A stretch of DNA of 64,000 nucleotides from Armatimonadota bacterium (GCA_041690135.1 JAWLHY010000007.1:160001-224000), one strand, 5' to 3'. Counted from the first letter of the stretch, positions 8,297-18,650 are shown. Numbers and translations are program-made. Notes: generated by a model not told the origin, from the letters alone.

Positions 8297-9430
8297 CTAA
8301 TTCCTGAGAGGCCGCAAGAGAAATGCGCTCCGGTGGCCTCCAAGCTCGCCGGTTCCCACGATCTCTCCGGTCGATGCGATCGCATCGGCGGAGCGGAGCA
8401 GCCATCCGCTCCCGGGTGGGATGAGACGGTTGAGATCGTGGAGCGTGCCACTCTTGTACAGGAATGCGCGATACCCAGAAGGACCCCGCGACGTACCGAC
8501 CACAGTTCCCACGTCGTTCACGCCCAGGGCTTCCGACGTCAGATCGCCGGAGAGGACGCCCAGATCCCCAATCCGGCCATCTCGCCAGAAGCAGGCGTGT
8601 TGCTCGCCGGTCGCGGTGGTGGCCCATCCGATGATCTCTCCCGTGTTGCTGATGCCCCGGGCTGCGCTGCTCCGGCCCCCCAGGGTTCCCAGGTCCATCA
8701 TCCGATTCTCCGACCACAGGAAAGCGTGGCTTTGATCCCGGTCGGTATCCGCCCAGCCCACGACGCCGCCTGCCTCGTTCAGGGCCTCGGCGTTCGCGCC
8801 CTTCCCACCCAGGGTACCGAGGCTGCGCATCCGTCCATCCTGGTAGAGAAACGCCTGTCGCTTCCGGATGGATAGCATCGAGGCGAAGGAGTAACCGACA
8901 ATCCAGCCCGCGGAGTTGATATCCCGCGCGCTGCTGTACCGGTGCCCTCGAAGCGCCCCGAGATCGCGGAGCTTGCCTTCCACATGGAGAAAGGCGCGGG
9001 GGAGGGGAATGATGTGCGACCTGCTGCTCTCTCCGACGACGGCGCCCCGGGCATTGACAGCCAGCGCCCTTCCCTGATCGCTGCCGGGAAGGAGCCCCAG
9101 GTCTTTCGGCTGCCCCTGCAGCCAGAGGACCGCCCTCGGCACCTGGCTTACATACGACAGCCCAGCCACCAGATCAGCGGAAGCCAGGTCGTTGGCTTCA
9201 CTCGCGGCCGAGCCGAGGGGAGGGAGCCGAACGATCTCGAATTCCGCTTTGGGTTGGGAACGCATCGGTTTCTGACCCGATTGCCGGCCGCCGAATGCCG
9301 CTGTCAGGATCATCAGGCCGAGGGCCGCGGTCGGCACGCCGAGGCCCCACGCTTTCGCCGCTTGCGAGTGAACGATAAGGGACCAGATCCTTCTCCCGAG
9401 CAAAGCGGTCTCCTTCAGGTCGATCCACAA
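8297..9430 (-). CDS. HAF-repeat extracellular protein
   Basis: Repeated HAF/RAF-x-W/Y...DLGTLGG..S.A.GIN..G.IVG units and an N-terminal hydrophobic segment; start uncertain. Confidence 0.9.
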   Translation of the reverse strand: MWIDLKETALLGRRIWSLIVHSQAAKAWGLGVPTAALGLMILTAAFGGRQSGQKPMRSQPKAEFEIVRLPPLGSAASEANDLASADLVAGLSYVSQVPRAVLWLQGQPKDLGLLPGSDQGRALAVNARGAVVGESSRSHIIPLPRAFLHVEGKLRDLGALRGHRYSSARDINSAGWIVGYSFASMLSIRKRQAFLYQDGRMRSLGTLGGKGANAEALNEAGGVVGWADTDRDQSHAFLWSENRMMDLGTLGGRSSAARGISNTGEIIGWATTATGEQHACFWRDGRIGDLGVLSGDLTSEALGVNDVGTVVGTSRGPSGYRAFLYKSGTLHDLNRLIPPGSGWLLRSADAIASTGEIVGTGELGGHRSAFLLRPLRN

Positions 9431-9641
9431 CCGTATCTCGGTTGGCCTACGGGTGCAGTTCCAGTCTCTGGGAAAGGGACAGCGACCGTTCCCCTACACC
9501 TTTCCCGTAACCCAAAGCCGCACCCGTTCCCGCGAGTCGTAGCTCACCGCTCTACGGAGTTCCGTGCAGTTCGGTTCGATCCGTGTCTTCCGTGTCGAAA
9601 ACCCCGATTTCTAATCCTCGTCCTCATCTTAATCTGCGAAG

Positions 9642-11048
9642 TTAGCCCATTTCCTTGACCACTTCGCCCACGAACGCCTTGGCGTCGCCGAAGAGCATCA
9701 GCGTCTTGTCCATGAAGTAGAGCTCGTTGTCGATGCCGGCGAAGCCGGAGCTCATGCCGCGCTTGATCACCATCACGGTCCGGGCCTTATCCACGTCGAG
9801 GATCGGCATGCCGAAGATGGGGCTGCTCTTGTCGGTGCGGGCCGCCGGGTTCGTCACGTCGTTGGCGCCGATGATCAGGGCTACGTCGGTGCGCGGGAAC
9901 TCGGGGTTGATCTCATCCATCTCCACGAGCCGGTCGTAGGGAATGTCCGCTTCGGCCAGCAGTACGTTCATATGTCCGGGCATGCGGCCCGCGACGGGAT
10001 GGATGGCGAAGCGGACGTCCACCCCGCGCTTCGTGAGTTGGTCGTAGAGCTCGCGGACCTTGTGCTGGGCCTGCGCCACCGCCATGCCGTAACCGGGGAC
10101 AATGACTACGGACGAGGCAGAGCGCAGGATCTCCGCTGCCTCTTCGGGCTGGGCGCTGCGGACGGTCCGCTCCTCGGCAGTCCCCGCGCCCTTGGCCGCG
10201 GCCTGTCCGAACGCGCCGAACAGCACGTTGGTGAAGGAGCGGTTCATGGCCCGGCACATGATGATGGAGAGGATCAGGCCGGATGAGCCGTCCAGGGCGC
10301 CCGCGATAATCAGCAGCTTGTTGTCCAGCACGAAGCCCATGGCGGAAGCCGCGAGGCCGGCGTAGGAGTTGAGGAGGGAGATGACGGTCGGCATGTCCGC
10401 GCCGCCGATCGGCAGGATCAGCAGCACCCCGAAGGTGAGGGCGAGGAAGGCGAAGACCGGGAACAGGGCGGACTGTCGCGGATCGACCGTGAGCCACACC
10501 GCCAGCACCACGGCCACGGCCAGCAGGGAAAGGTTGACGATGTTCTGGCCCCGGTAGGTGATGGGCCGGGTCGGGAGGATCTCCTGCAGCTTGCCGAACG
10601 CCATCAGGCTGCCGGTGAAGGTGAGGAACCCGAGCAGCACCTCGAAGGCGAGCACCCCGGTGGTGAAGTGGGTCAGGCGCTCCGGCTCCTGCACCAGCCA
10701 CTGGTAGTACTTGGCAGTCCCCACCAGGCCGACCGCCAGCCCGCCGAAGGAGTGGGAGAGCGCCGTCCGTTGGGGCACGGCCGTCATCGGCATCAGGAGG
10801 GCGATGGGGATTCCGATGGCCGTCCCGACCAGGATCGCCAGGACGATCCAGTGAAAGCTCTTCATCTCCGGCAGCGTGAGGGTCCCCGCGATGGCGAGGA
10901 GCATTCCGACCTCACCGGCCAGGACGCCACGACGGGCGGTATCCGGTGCATTCAGCCACTTGAGGGCCAGGATGAAGAGGACGGCCGCGACGAGGTAGCT
11001 CACCTGGGTGAACAGGGGTGCGGCGGCGTGGGCGGCTTCACCGTTCAT
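9642..11048 (-). CDS. pntB: NAD(P) transhydrogenase subunit beta
   Basis: IGGADMPTVISLLNSY, VPGYGMAVAQAQ, HPVAGRMPGHMNVLLAEA, GANDVTNPAA. Confidence 0.97.
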   Translation of the reverse strand: MNGEAAHAAAPLFTQVSYLVAAVLFILALKWLNAPDTARRGVLAGEVGMLLAIAGTLTLPEMKSFHWIVLAILVGTAIGIPIALLMPMTAVPQRTALSHSFGGLAVGLVGTAKYYQWLVQEPERLTHFTTGVLAFEVLLGFLTFTGSLMAFGKLQEILPTRPITYRGQNIVNLSLLAVAVVLAVWLTVDPRQSALFPVFAFLALTFGVLLILPIGGADMPTVISLLNSYAGLAASAMGFVLDNKLLIIAGALDGSSGLILSIIMCRAMNRSFTNVLFGAFGQAAAKGAGTAEERTVRSAQPEEAAEILRSASSVVIVPGYGMAVAQAQHKVRELYDQLTKRGVDVRFAIHPVAGRMPGHMNVLLAEADIPYDRLVEMDEINPEFPRTDVALIIGANDVTNPAARTDKSSPIFGMPILDVDKARTVMVIKRGMSSGFAGIDNELYFMDKTLMLFGDAKAFVGEVVKEMG

Positions 11049-11335
11049 CGGCGGGGCCCTCCCCGCCGAAACATCTTGAGCATCCGGTCGGTGATCAAGA
11101 AGCCGCTGACGATGTTGATGACGGCAGCCGTTACCGCGATGCCGCCGAGGAGGGTGCTCAGGGGACTCTTCTGTTCACCCAGGAGGACCAGGGCCCCGAC
11201 GACGCTGATGGCCGAGATGGCGTTGGTCAGGGACATCAACGGCGTGTGCAGGAGCGGCGAGACGCGCCGGATCACCTCGAGACCGACGAACGTGGCCAGG
11301 ACGAAGACATACAGGTTGTTCAGGATCGAATCCAC
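11045..11335 (-). CDS. pntAb: NAD(P) transhydrogenase subunit alpha part 2 (membrane)
   Basis: LHTPLMSLTNAIS, GFLITDRMLKMF; ATGA overlap with pntB. Confidence 0.95.
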   Translation of the reverse strand: MDSILNNLYVFVLATFVGLEVIRRVSPLLHTPLMSLTNAISAISVVGALVLLGEQKSPLSTLLGGIAVTAAVINIVSGFLITDRMLKMFRRGGPRR

Positions 11336-11347
11336 GGCCGAGCCTCC

Positions 11348-12499
11348 TTACTCCAATCCCAGTTTCTTCCGCACACGGGGGTGCACCACTTCTCCGCCGC
11401 GCGTCACCAGCGTTTCGCGCGTGATCTCGTCTTCCAGATCCAGGGCCAGCGAGCCGTCGCGAGCCAGGTGGGTCAGGAACGTCGCCACGTTCTTCGCGAA
11501 AAGCTGGCTGGCGTTGTAGGCCAGGGTCGCCGGCAGGTTGAGGGGCCCCATCACCTGCACGCCGCCGTGGAGCACCGTTTCGCCGGGTTGGGTCAACTCG
11601 CAGTTGCCGCCGCGCTCCGCCGCCAGGTCCACCACCACCGCCCCGGGCCGCATGCGGTCGACCATCGCCCGGGAGACGAGGACCGGCGCGCGTTCTCCAG
11701 GGATCGCGGCGGTGGTGATCACGATGTCGCTTTCGGCCACCACGGGGAGCATCAGCTCGGCTTGCCGGGCGTAGAACTCCTCGCCCATCGCCTGTGCGTA
11801 ACCCCCGCTCCCCGCGGCGCCCTCGCTGGCGAGCTCGAGCTGCAGGAAGCGGGCGCCGACGCTTTCCACCTGCTCCTTCACCGCGGGCCGGACGTCGTAG
11901 GCGGTCACCACGGCTCCCAGGCGCTTTGCCGTGGCGATCGCCTGGAGGCCCGCCACCCCGGCGCCGACCACAAACACCTTGGCCGGGGCGATGGTCCCCG
12001 CCGCGGTGATCATCATGGGCAAGATGCGCGGGAGGTGGCCCGCGGCCAGCAGCACGGCTTTGTAACCGGCCAGGTTGGCCTGGGAGGAGAGCACGTCCAT
12101 GGCCTGCGCCCGGGTGATCCGCGGCAACAGCTCCAGGGCGAAGGTGGTCAGGCCGCGCCGGGCGGCGGCGGTGGCGGGGTGGGGGATCGATAGCGGGTCC
12201 ATCATCCCGATCAACACCTGCCCTTCGCGGCAGTGGCCCAGGTCCGCCTCATAAAGCTCCGGGTTGGCGCCGAGGGCGCGGACTCCCAGCACCACGTCCG
12301 CGCCGAACACCGCCTCCCGCGCCTCGACCAGCTCCGCTCCGGCCTCGCGGTACTGGGGGTCGAGGAAGCCGGCCTCGGCTCCGGCGCCGGCCTCGATCCG
12401 CACCGTGAACTTCCCCTTCACGAGCTGTGCCACGGTGGTGGGCACCAGGGCGACACGCTTCTCCCCGGGGAAGGTCTCCTTGGGAACACCGACGATCAC
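11348..12499 (-). CDS. pntAa: NAD(P) transhydrogenase subunit alpha part 1 (NAD-binding domain I)
   Basis: GTG start after GGAGG; IVGVPKE..GEKRVALVP, RAQAMDVLSSQANLAGY, GAGVAGLQA. Confidence 0.95.
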   Translation of the reverse strand: MIVGVPKETFPGEKRVALVPTTVAQLVKGKFTVRIEAGAGAEAGFLDPQYREAGAELVEAREAVFGADVVLGVRALGANPELYEADLGHCREGQVLIGMMDPLSIPHPATAAARRGLTTFALELLPRITRAQAMDVLSSQANLAGYKAVLLAAGHLPRILPMMITAAGTIAPAKVFVVGAGVAGLQAIATAKRLGAVVTAYDVRPAVKEQVESVGARFLQLELASEGAAGSGGYAQAMGEEFYARQAELMLPVVAESDIVITTAAIPGERAPVLVSRAMVDRMRPGAVVVDLAAERGGNCELTQPGETVLHGGVQVMGPLNLPATLAYNASQLFAKNVATFLTHLARDGSLALDLEDEITRETLVTRGGEVVHPRVRKKLGLE

Positions 12500-12630
12500 C
12501 GTTCCGCCCTCCGACCTCTCCGGCGGCACCTGCTCCAGGCAAACAGCCGGATGAGTGGTAGTTGTTTTGAATAGAACCGGATGCGCTGACCTACATATAC
12601 AGCGAAATGGGTTCCGGCCGCCGCTTTGCT

Positions 12631-13107
12631 TTACTCTCGTCCGGTGGGGTCGGCTAACTGCCAGCCACCGTCCAGGAGGGGAACCGTGGCGCAGGCAGGT
12701 TTCCCGTGGCGCCCAATCCCGGAGACACGGGCTTCCAGCACGCGCGTCTCCGCCACGGCCCGCTCCACGATCTCCCAGGGGATGGACGTGAGCGGAACCT
12801 TCATCCGCCCGTAACGCTCCCGGAGCCCGCCCTGGCACGCGGTCCAGGTGAGGTACAGGAAACGTTCCCCCGGCTTACCGTGAGCCCACTCCCCAAGAAA
12901 ATTGGGGCCTCCGGTCTTGGGGTCCCGGCGTACCCGCACGGAGATCTCGAATTCGGCGCGCTCGGTGGATTGCCGGGTCGGCGGACAGGACGCCTCCCCC
13001 TTCTGGATCCCGATTTCGATCTCCGTGAGCTCTCCGCACTCTTTCGGCGGCAGCGGCTCGCAAACCACCCGCAACTGCACCAGCGACTCGCTTTCCGGCT
13101 TCGACAA
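12631..13107 (-). CDS. DUF5990-like protein
   Basis: GPNFLGEWAHGKPGERFLYLTW...PACATV pattern; TTG start after AAGGAG. Confidence 0.7.
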   Translation of the reverse strand: MSKPESESLVQLRVVCEPLPPKECGELTEIEIGIQKGEASCPPTRQSTERAEFEISVRVRRDPKTGGPNFLGEWAHGKPGERFLYLTWTACQGGLRERYGRMKVPLTSIPWEIVERAVAETRVLEARVSGIGRHGKPACATVPLLDGGWQLADPTGRE

Positions 13108-13205
13108 TGGATCACTCCTTCCTCGGCGGGGTTCGTATTCAACGTCCTCGGGTACTTCTTGGAAGAGTGGGGCGACAGAGCGTACCTCGTACCCGCATCG
13201 GAAAC

Positions 13206-13925
13206 ATGCCGACCACCGCCACCTCAAAACCCACACCCGCACCTGGAAACACGGACGAAGCGGAAAAACTCCCGTTCGACATCCACGCTGTGATGGAGCG
13301 GATCGAGCAGGCCGTGGAGCCCTATCCCAAAGCGGCTCTCTTCGAGTTGGCGGAGCGCGGCTTTCGTACCCCCTTTGAGCAACTGGTCGCCTGTATCCTC
13401 TCCATCCGCACCCGGGACGAAGTGACCCTCCCGGTGTCGCTGGAGTTGTTTGCCGCGGCCCGCACGCCCGCCGAGATGCTGCGCCTGTCGGCGGAGGAGA
13501 TCGACGCCCGCATCGGCCGGGTAACCTTCCACGAGGCCAAGGCCCGGCAGATCCGGGAGATCGCCCGGAAGGTGGTAGAAGAGCACGACGGCGAGCTGCC
13601 CTGCGACCGCGAGGTCCTTCTGGCTTTCCACGGGGTGGGGGTGAAGTGCGCCCACCTTACCCTCGGCATCGCCTGCGGCCAGTCCTACGTCTCCAGCGAT
13701 ATCCACGTGCATCGCGTCACCAACCGGTGGGGCTACGTGAGCACCCGGACCCCGGAAGAGACCACTACCGTGCTGGAGGCGCAACTCCCCGCCGAATACT
13801 GCATCGAGATCAACCGGCTCCTCGTGCCGTTCGGCAAGCACATCTGCACCGGTCAGCTCCCGAAGTGCAGCACCTGTCCCGTGCTCCGCTGGTGCCGCCA
13901 GGTCGGCGTCGACCGGCACCGATAG
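13206..13925 (+). CDS. nth: Endonuclease III (HhH-GPD glycosylase, 4Fe-4S)
   Basis: LVACILSIRTRD, GVGVKCA, DIHVHRVTNR, C-x6-C-x2-C-x5-C. Confidence 0.93.
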   Translation: MPTTATSKPTPAPGNTDEAEKLPFDIHAVMERIEQAVEPYPKAALFELAERGFRTPFEQLVACILSIRTRDEVTLPVSLELFAAARTPAEMLRLSAEEIDARIGRVTFHEAKARQIREIARKVVEEHDGELPCDREVLLAFHGVGVKCAHLTLGIACGQSYVSSDIHVHRVTNRWGYVSTRTPEETTTVLEAQLPAEYCIEINRLLVPFGKHICTGQLPKCSTCPVLRWCRQVGVDRHR

Positions 13926-14405
13926 GGCCAATAGTAACGGATAAAGATAACGATAAGGACAGAAAGGAAGATAAAGAGGATTTCCGCGCAATACGGTAGG
14001 TGCTTTCCGCATCCAGGAGGCACTCGAACTTGACGTGGGCGCGAGGAACCTTTGCCGCGTCACCTGAGCCCTGAATGGTAGGGAATGTGACGTCGACACG
14101 GCGCAGCTAGGGCCGTTCCATTCCGCAGACGGTGAAACTGATCCCGTTGGGCCAAACCGGACCCTTCCTGGTCCAGGACGGCTACGAGTGGTCAGGACGG
14201 GATCAGCCCCAGGACGGCGGAACGCTGCGGCGAGACGTTCCCTACCGGTGCCGCTGTCAATGGCTCGCCCGGACGGACGCCGAGCCACTCCGCCGGACGT
14301 GTTTCGGCGACGTGCGAATCTGATCGCCACTTGCCGGATGCACCGCTAAGGGATTGGGGGTAACTGAATAGTTCTTGACGACTCGCCACAAGTCTGTCTC
14401 TTAGC

Positions 14406-14471
14406 GCAGGTCAGTGAGGCTCGCAGGAGTGACGGCGCTTGCGCGGCCTTGCTGTGCCGAACCGTACCTGC
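14406..14471 (+). other. Long imperfect hairpin in the leader of the 14557 gene, downstream of a TTGACG -35-like hexamer
   Basis: GCAGGT/ACCTGC outer stem enclosing a CAGTGAGGC...GCCTTGCTG stem and an AGTG-ACGG-CGCT apex (paired by eye). Confidence 0.35.
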
Positions 14472-14556
14472 CCAGTTACATGCGTACACCTCCTAGTTTG
14501 GGGCTCCTCGTGTAACCACTCGAACCCTTCTTGCATCCAAGGGGCATCCGAACTGA

Positions 14557-16533
14557 ATGCGGAGGGATGCTGTGAGGAAGATCGTCGCCACCGGAATCGC
14601 ACTCCTTTTCCTGGTGGGCTGGTCGGGTGGGACCGCCGAAACTCGTGGAGCCCACGCACTGGCAGCCGATGCCGGTTCCGAAACTCCGCCGGGTGACCTG
14701 CAGCGCGACCGCCGGCTGCTGGCGAAGGTGGACCTGGTGGAGAAGGACCGGCCCCTGCGGGACCTGCTGCCGGCACTGGGGAACCGCCTCGGGATCCGCC
14801 TCAAGGTCTCCCGCACGCTGGCGGACGACAAGCTCACAGTCTTGGTGAAGCAGCACCCGGCGAGGGACCTGATGCAGCACCTGGCGGAGCAGGTAGAGGG
14901 GGAGTGGCGGCCCTCCGGCTCCGGATACCTGCTGGCCCGCTCCGAGGCCGGCCGTCTCCGGCAGGAACGCTTGCGCGCGGAGGAATGGAAGGCGGTCGCC
15001 GGTTGGATGAAGCGGCTGGACCGCCTCCAGGAGACGCCCGGCGAGCAGCTCAACGCGCGCCGTCAGGAAGTAGAGCGCGTCCTCGCCGTGGGGACCGTAA
15101 CCGGTCCGCGGAAGCTGGCCCTGGAAGAGGAACGGGACCTGCTGCGGGACCACTTTCGCCACAGCCGCGCGGTGCCGGTAGCGGTGGACCTGTTCCGGTC
15201 GTTGAGCCCCGGCCAGTTGTCGCAGCTCCGGCGCGAAGGTTACCTCCGCCTCTCCAGCACCCACGGGAGCATTCCTCCCTCGTTCTTCACCCGGGCGGTA
15301 GCGGCGTTGCCGGGTCACGCCTCCGGCGAGCGGAAGCCGAAGCCCGTCCACGTGGACACCACCTTCGAGCTGGAAGAGCGGGCCATCGATCGGGAGCGGC
15401 TCAACTCGCCGCGCGTCTTGCGCCTGTCCGTAAACCTGACTTCGATGTGGGAGACGGTGCCGGGCGGCTACTCCAGCTCATCCCTCAACTGGGCGGCGCG
15501 AGTGCCTTCGCCGTCCCTGGGGCCGGAGGGAGACCGCAAGGGGGAGAGCCCGATCCTCGACCGGCCGCTGGAGTTGACGTTCGCGCCACTGGTTCCCGTC
15601 CCGGAGGTGGAGCGGTACGGGGCGGCGGTGGTTCTCCTCCGCGAAGTGCCTGCGGGTTGGGTGCGTTTGAGCGAGGTGCTGTCCCGCCTCCACGCGGCCA
15701 CCGGTCTCCCGTTCGTTGCGGACAGCTACACGCGGGCGCGAGTGGAGCGGAAACAACTGATGGGTCGGAAGTCGCCGCGGGAGCTGTTGAACGAACTTTC
15801 GGAGCCGCTGGGGTACACCTGGACCGCCGACGGAGCGGTGGTCCGGCTGTGGAGCCGGTATGCCGCGCAGGACCGGGAAGGGGAAGCGCCCGAGCCGGCC
15901 CTCCGTGCCTACCGCCGTCGCGTGGAGGGAGAACCCCTGGCCCGGTTGGATGCCCTGGCCACGCTGGCCAATACCCTCACCGACCGCCAATGCCGCAACG
16001 TGGCGGACCTGTGGGGCTGGTACTTCGAGGGCCTGGGCGCCATCCCGCCCTGGAATGGAGAGGGTATCTACGGCGTGCGGCATCACCTGCGCCTGTGGTC
16101 CACCCTGAGCCGGGCGCAGCGCCAGGCGGCCCTCGCCGGGGTGCTTCCCATGGAGGGGATGACCCCTCCGCAGCGCCGGGCACTCGGGGTCGCCACTGCG
16201 GCGCCCGGAAGCGACATCACGCTCCAGGATCACCTGCGCATCCCGACGCCGGAGCGGCTCGCCCCGCTTTCCGCGGGGTTCCAATTGAAGAGTGAGGACC
16301 TGCTGGCACAGGCGCTGACGGACGAGAACGGCTGCTTTACCACGGCGTTCCACAAGGCGGACAGCCCGCTCAACCTGTTCAACCTCACCCGCTTTGGCGG
16401 CGGTTCCCTGAAGGTCACCGGGCCCGCCGCTCCCGTAAACGGGTTTCGCTTCTCGTACTTCCTCTCGGGGGCGCCGGACAACGGTTTTGTCCGTTCGGTC
16501 CAGGTGCACCTGCTACCGCGCTGGTCCCCCTGA
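14557..16533 (+). CDS. Large secreted hypothetical protein with two STN-like segments
   Basis: Signal peptide; KVDLVEKDRPLRDLLPALGNRLGI and RLSEVLSRLHAATGLPFVAD; GC3-rich codon usage. Confidence 0.75.
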   Translation: MRRDAVRKIVATGIALLFLVGWSGGTAETRGAHALAADAGSETPPGDLQRDRRLLAKVDLVEKDRPLRDLLPALGNRLGIRLKVSRTLADDKLTVLVKQHPARDLMQHLAEQVEGEWRPSGSGYLLARSEAGRLRQERLRAEEWKAVAGWMKRLDRLQETPGEQLNARRQEVERVLAVGTVTGPRKLALEEERDLLRDHFRHSRAVPVAVDLFRSLSPGQLSQLRREGYLRLSSTHGSIPPSFFTRAVAALPGHASGERKPKPVHVDTTFELEERAIDRERLNSPRVLRLSVNLTSMWETVPGGYSSSSLNWAARVPSPSLGPEGDRKGESPILDRPLELTFAPLVPVPEVERYGAAVVLLREVPAGWVRLSEVLSRLHAATGLPFVADSYTRARVERKQLMGRKSPRELLNELSEPLGYTWTADGAVVRLWSRYAAQDREGEAPEPALRAYRRRVEGEPLARLDALATLANTLTDRQCRNVADLWGWYFEGLGAIPPWNGEGIYGVRHHLRLWSTLSRAQRQAALAGVLPMEGMTPPQRRALGVATAAPGSDITLQDHLRIPTPERLAPLSAGFQLKSEDLLAQALTDENGCFTTAFHKADSPLNLFNLTRFGGGSLKVTGPAAPVNGFRFSYFLSGAPDNGFVRSVQVHLLPRWSP

Positions 16534-16705
16534 CTCCCCTCGCCGCGAACAAAACTGACGGGGCGATCCGCGGCATTTCCGGACTATTATAAAGAGGGTG
16601 GTGCGGACTGCAGTTCGGTCCACCCTTGCCGTGTGTTTGGCCGGGGCTGAAGGTGGCGGCCCCAGGTGGAAACGGCGGGACAGCAAGGAGCCAAAGGAGA
16701 TGCGC

Positions 16706-18634
16706 ATGCGGACCTCGGGTGCAGGTGGGTCGGATCGTCGGGGCGGGAACGCCCGGAGGGGCGTTTATCTCGGAGCGCTGGCGCTGGCCGGTGCGGGGAT
16801 CGTCACGGCGGCGCTGGCGGCGCCCGCGTCGAAGGCGAAGCAGGCGGCTCCCGCGGAAATCCCGATCATCTGGACCGACCTGGACGGTCGCGGCTACGGT
16901 CCCATCCAGCTCCGCGCGGCCAGTGCCACCGTCTTCATCTTCTTCTCCACGGAGTGCCCGGTTACCGAAGCCTACCTGTCCCGCATCCGCGAACTCGAGA
17001 ACGCTTACTACACGCGTGGGGCACGGGTGTTCATGGTCTCCACCCACCCCGGCGACACCGTGGAGAAGCTCCGCAAGTATGCCGCCGACCACCAGCTGGT
17101 GCTGCCGCTGGTGAAGGACCCGGACGCCGCTCTGGCTGAGCGGCTGGGCGCCACCGTCACCCCCGAGGCCGTGGTCGTGGGACGGGAAGGGCAGATCCAC
17201 TACCGCGGGCGCATCGACGACAGCAAAGACCCGAAGACGGTCGGACGCCGGGATCTCGCCGAGGCGGTGGAAGCGGTGATAGCCGGCAAGCCGGTGGCGC
17301 TGGCGCGCACCAAGGCGGAAGGCTGCGAGCTTCCGCGCGCCCGGCAAACGCGCGCCGCCCGGAAAACCGACGTCACCTATAGCCAGCACATCGCCCCCAT
17401 TCTGAACAAGCATTGCGCCGACTGCCACCGTCCGGGAGAAGTGGCTCCGTTCTCCCTGCTGACCTACAAAGACGCTCGCCTGTGGGCGCGGATGATCAAG
17501 GACACCACCCACCGGCGGATCATGCCGCCCTGGAAGCCGTTGGTCGGGTACGGCGACTTCCACGACGCACGAGCCCTTTCGGCGGAAGAGCTGGACCTCC
17601 TGGCGAAGTGGGCCGATGGCGGGACGCCGGAAGGGGACCGCAAGCTGGCCCCGAAGCCGGCGGCCTATACGGCGGGGTGGACGCTGGGCAAACCCGACGT
17701 GGAACTGAGCCCGGAGGTGGAATACCAGGTGCCCGCGGAGGGCCGGGACGAATACCGCTGCTTCGTGCTGCCCGCCGAGTTCAAGCAGGACGCCTACATC
17801 AACGCCGTGCAGATCCGGCCCGGTAACCGGGCGGTGGTCCACCACGTGATCGTGTACATCGACCCCACCGGCAAGTCGGTGGAGGCTGATGAGAAAGACC
17901 CGGCGCCCGGATTCGAAAGCCCCAGCGCCGGGGCTGGGCCGCCGGTGCCGGGAGCCATGATGCTTTCCGGGTGGGCGCCCGGCAACCGCGCTCGTTACGC
18001 GCCTCCCGGCATGGCCATGCGGGTTCCCAAGGGTGCTCGGCTGGTGATGGAGGTCCACTACCACAAGAGCGGCCGACCCGAAATGGACCGCTCCTCCATC
18101 GGCCTGAGCCTGGCGCGAGATACGGTGCAGCAGGTTGTCGCGTTGGGCGTGGTGGTGCAGCCGTTCCTGCGGATTCCGGCTGGCGAAGCCCGCGCGGAGG
18201 TCAAGGCGAGCGGCGTCTTCATGTTCGGCAAGGGCTTCCACGGCACGCTCCCGGAAGACATGACGCTGCACGGGATCGCTCCCCACATGCATCAGATCGG
18301 AGAGGAGATGCGGGTTTGGGCGACCCTGCCGGACGGCAAGCGGGAAGAGTTGCTCTGGCTGAAGGACTGGGATTTCAACTGGCAGGAAGGTTACCAGTAT
18401 CGCAAGCCGCTCCGCCTACCTAAGGGCACGAAGATCGACCTGGTCGCCTACTTCAACAACTCCACCTCCAACCCCCGCAACCCCCACCGCCCGCCCAAAG
18501 TGGTGACCTGGGGCGAGCAGACCTCGGATGAGATGTGTATCGCGTTTCTATCCCTCACCCGGGACGGCGAAAAGCTGGGGATCCAGCCGGCGCCTCCGGC
18601 GGAAACGGTGGTGGTGAAGAGCGCAGCGCCCTGA
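16706..18634 (+). CDS. Exported redoxin + c-type heme + copper type II (PHM/DBH-like) monooxygenase fusion
   Basis: FFSTECPVT and ATVTPEAVV..YRGRIDD (redoxin); HCADCH (CxxCH); VVHHVI, EVHYH, PHMHQ and DEMC copper-ligand motifs. Confidence 0.85.
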   Translation: MRTSGAGGSDRRGGNARRGVYLGALALAGAGIVTAALAAPASKAKQAAPAEIPIIWTDLDGRGYGPIQLRAASATVFIFFSTECPVTEAYLSRIRELENAYYTRGARVFMVSTHPGDTVEKLRKYAADHQLVLPLVKDPDAALAERLGATVTPEAVVVGREGQIHYRGRIDDSKDPKTVGRRDLAEAVEAVIAGKPVALARTKAEGCELPRARQTRAARKTDVTYSQHIAPILNKHCADCHRPGEVAPFSLLTYKDARLWARMIKDTTHRRIMPPWKPLVGYGDFHDARALSAEELDLLAKWADGGTPEGDRKLAPKPAAYTAGWTLGKPDVELSPEVEYQVPAEGRDEYRCFVLPAEFKQDAYINAVQIRPGNRAVVHHVIVYIDPTGKSVEADEKDPAPGFESPSAGAGPPVPGAMMLSGWAPGNRARYAPPGMAMRVPKGARLVMEVHYHKSGRPEMDRSSIGLSLARDTVQQVVALGVVVQPFLRIPAGEARAEVKASGVFMFGKGFHGTLPEDMTLHGIAPHMHQIGEEMRVWATLPDGKREELLWLKDWDFNWQEGYQYRKPLRLPKGTKIDLVAYFNNSTSNPRNPHRPPKVVTWGEQTSDEMCIAFLSLTRDGEKLGIQPAPPAETVVVKSAAP

Positions 18635-18650
18635 CCCCGAACTCCGGTCC

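Noticed and set aside
14132-14323. 63-aa ORF between nth and the 14557 gene
   Set aside because: No clear RBS or motif; it may be a gene remnant but cannot be supported.
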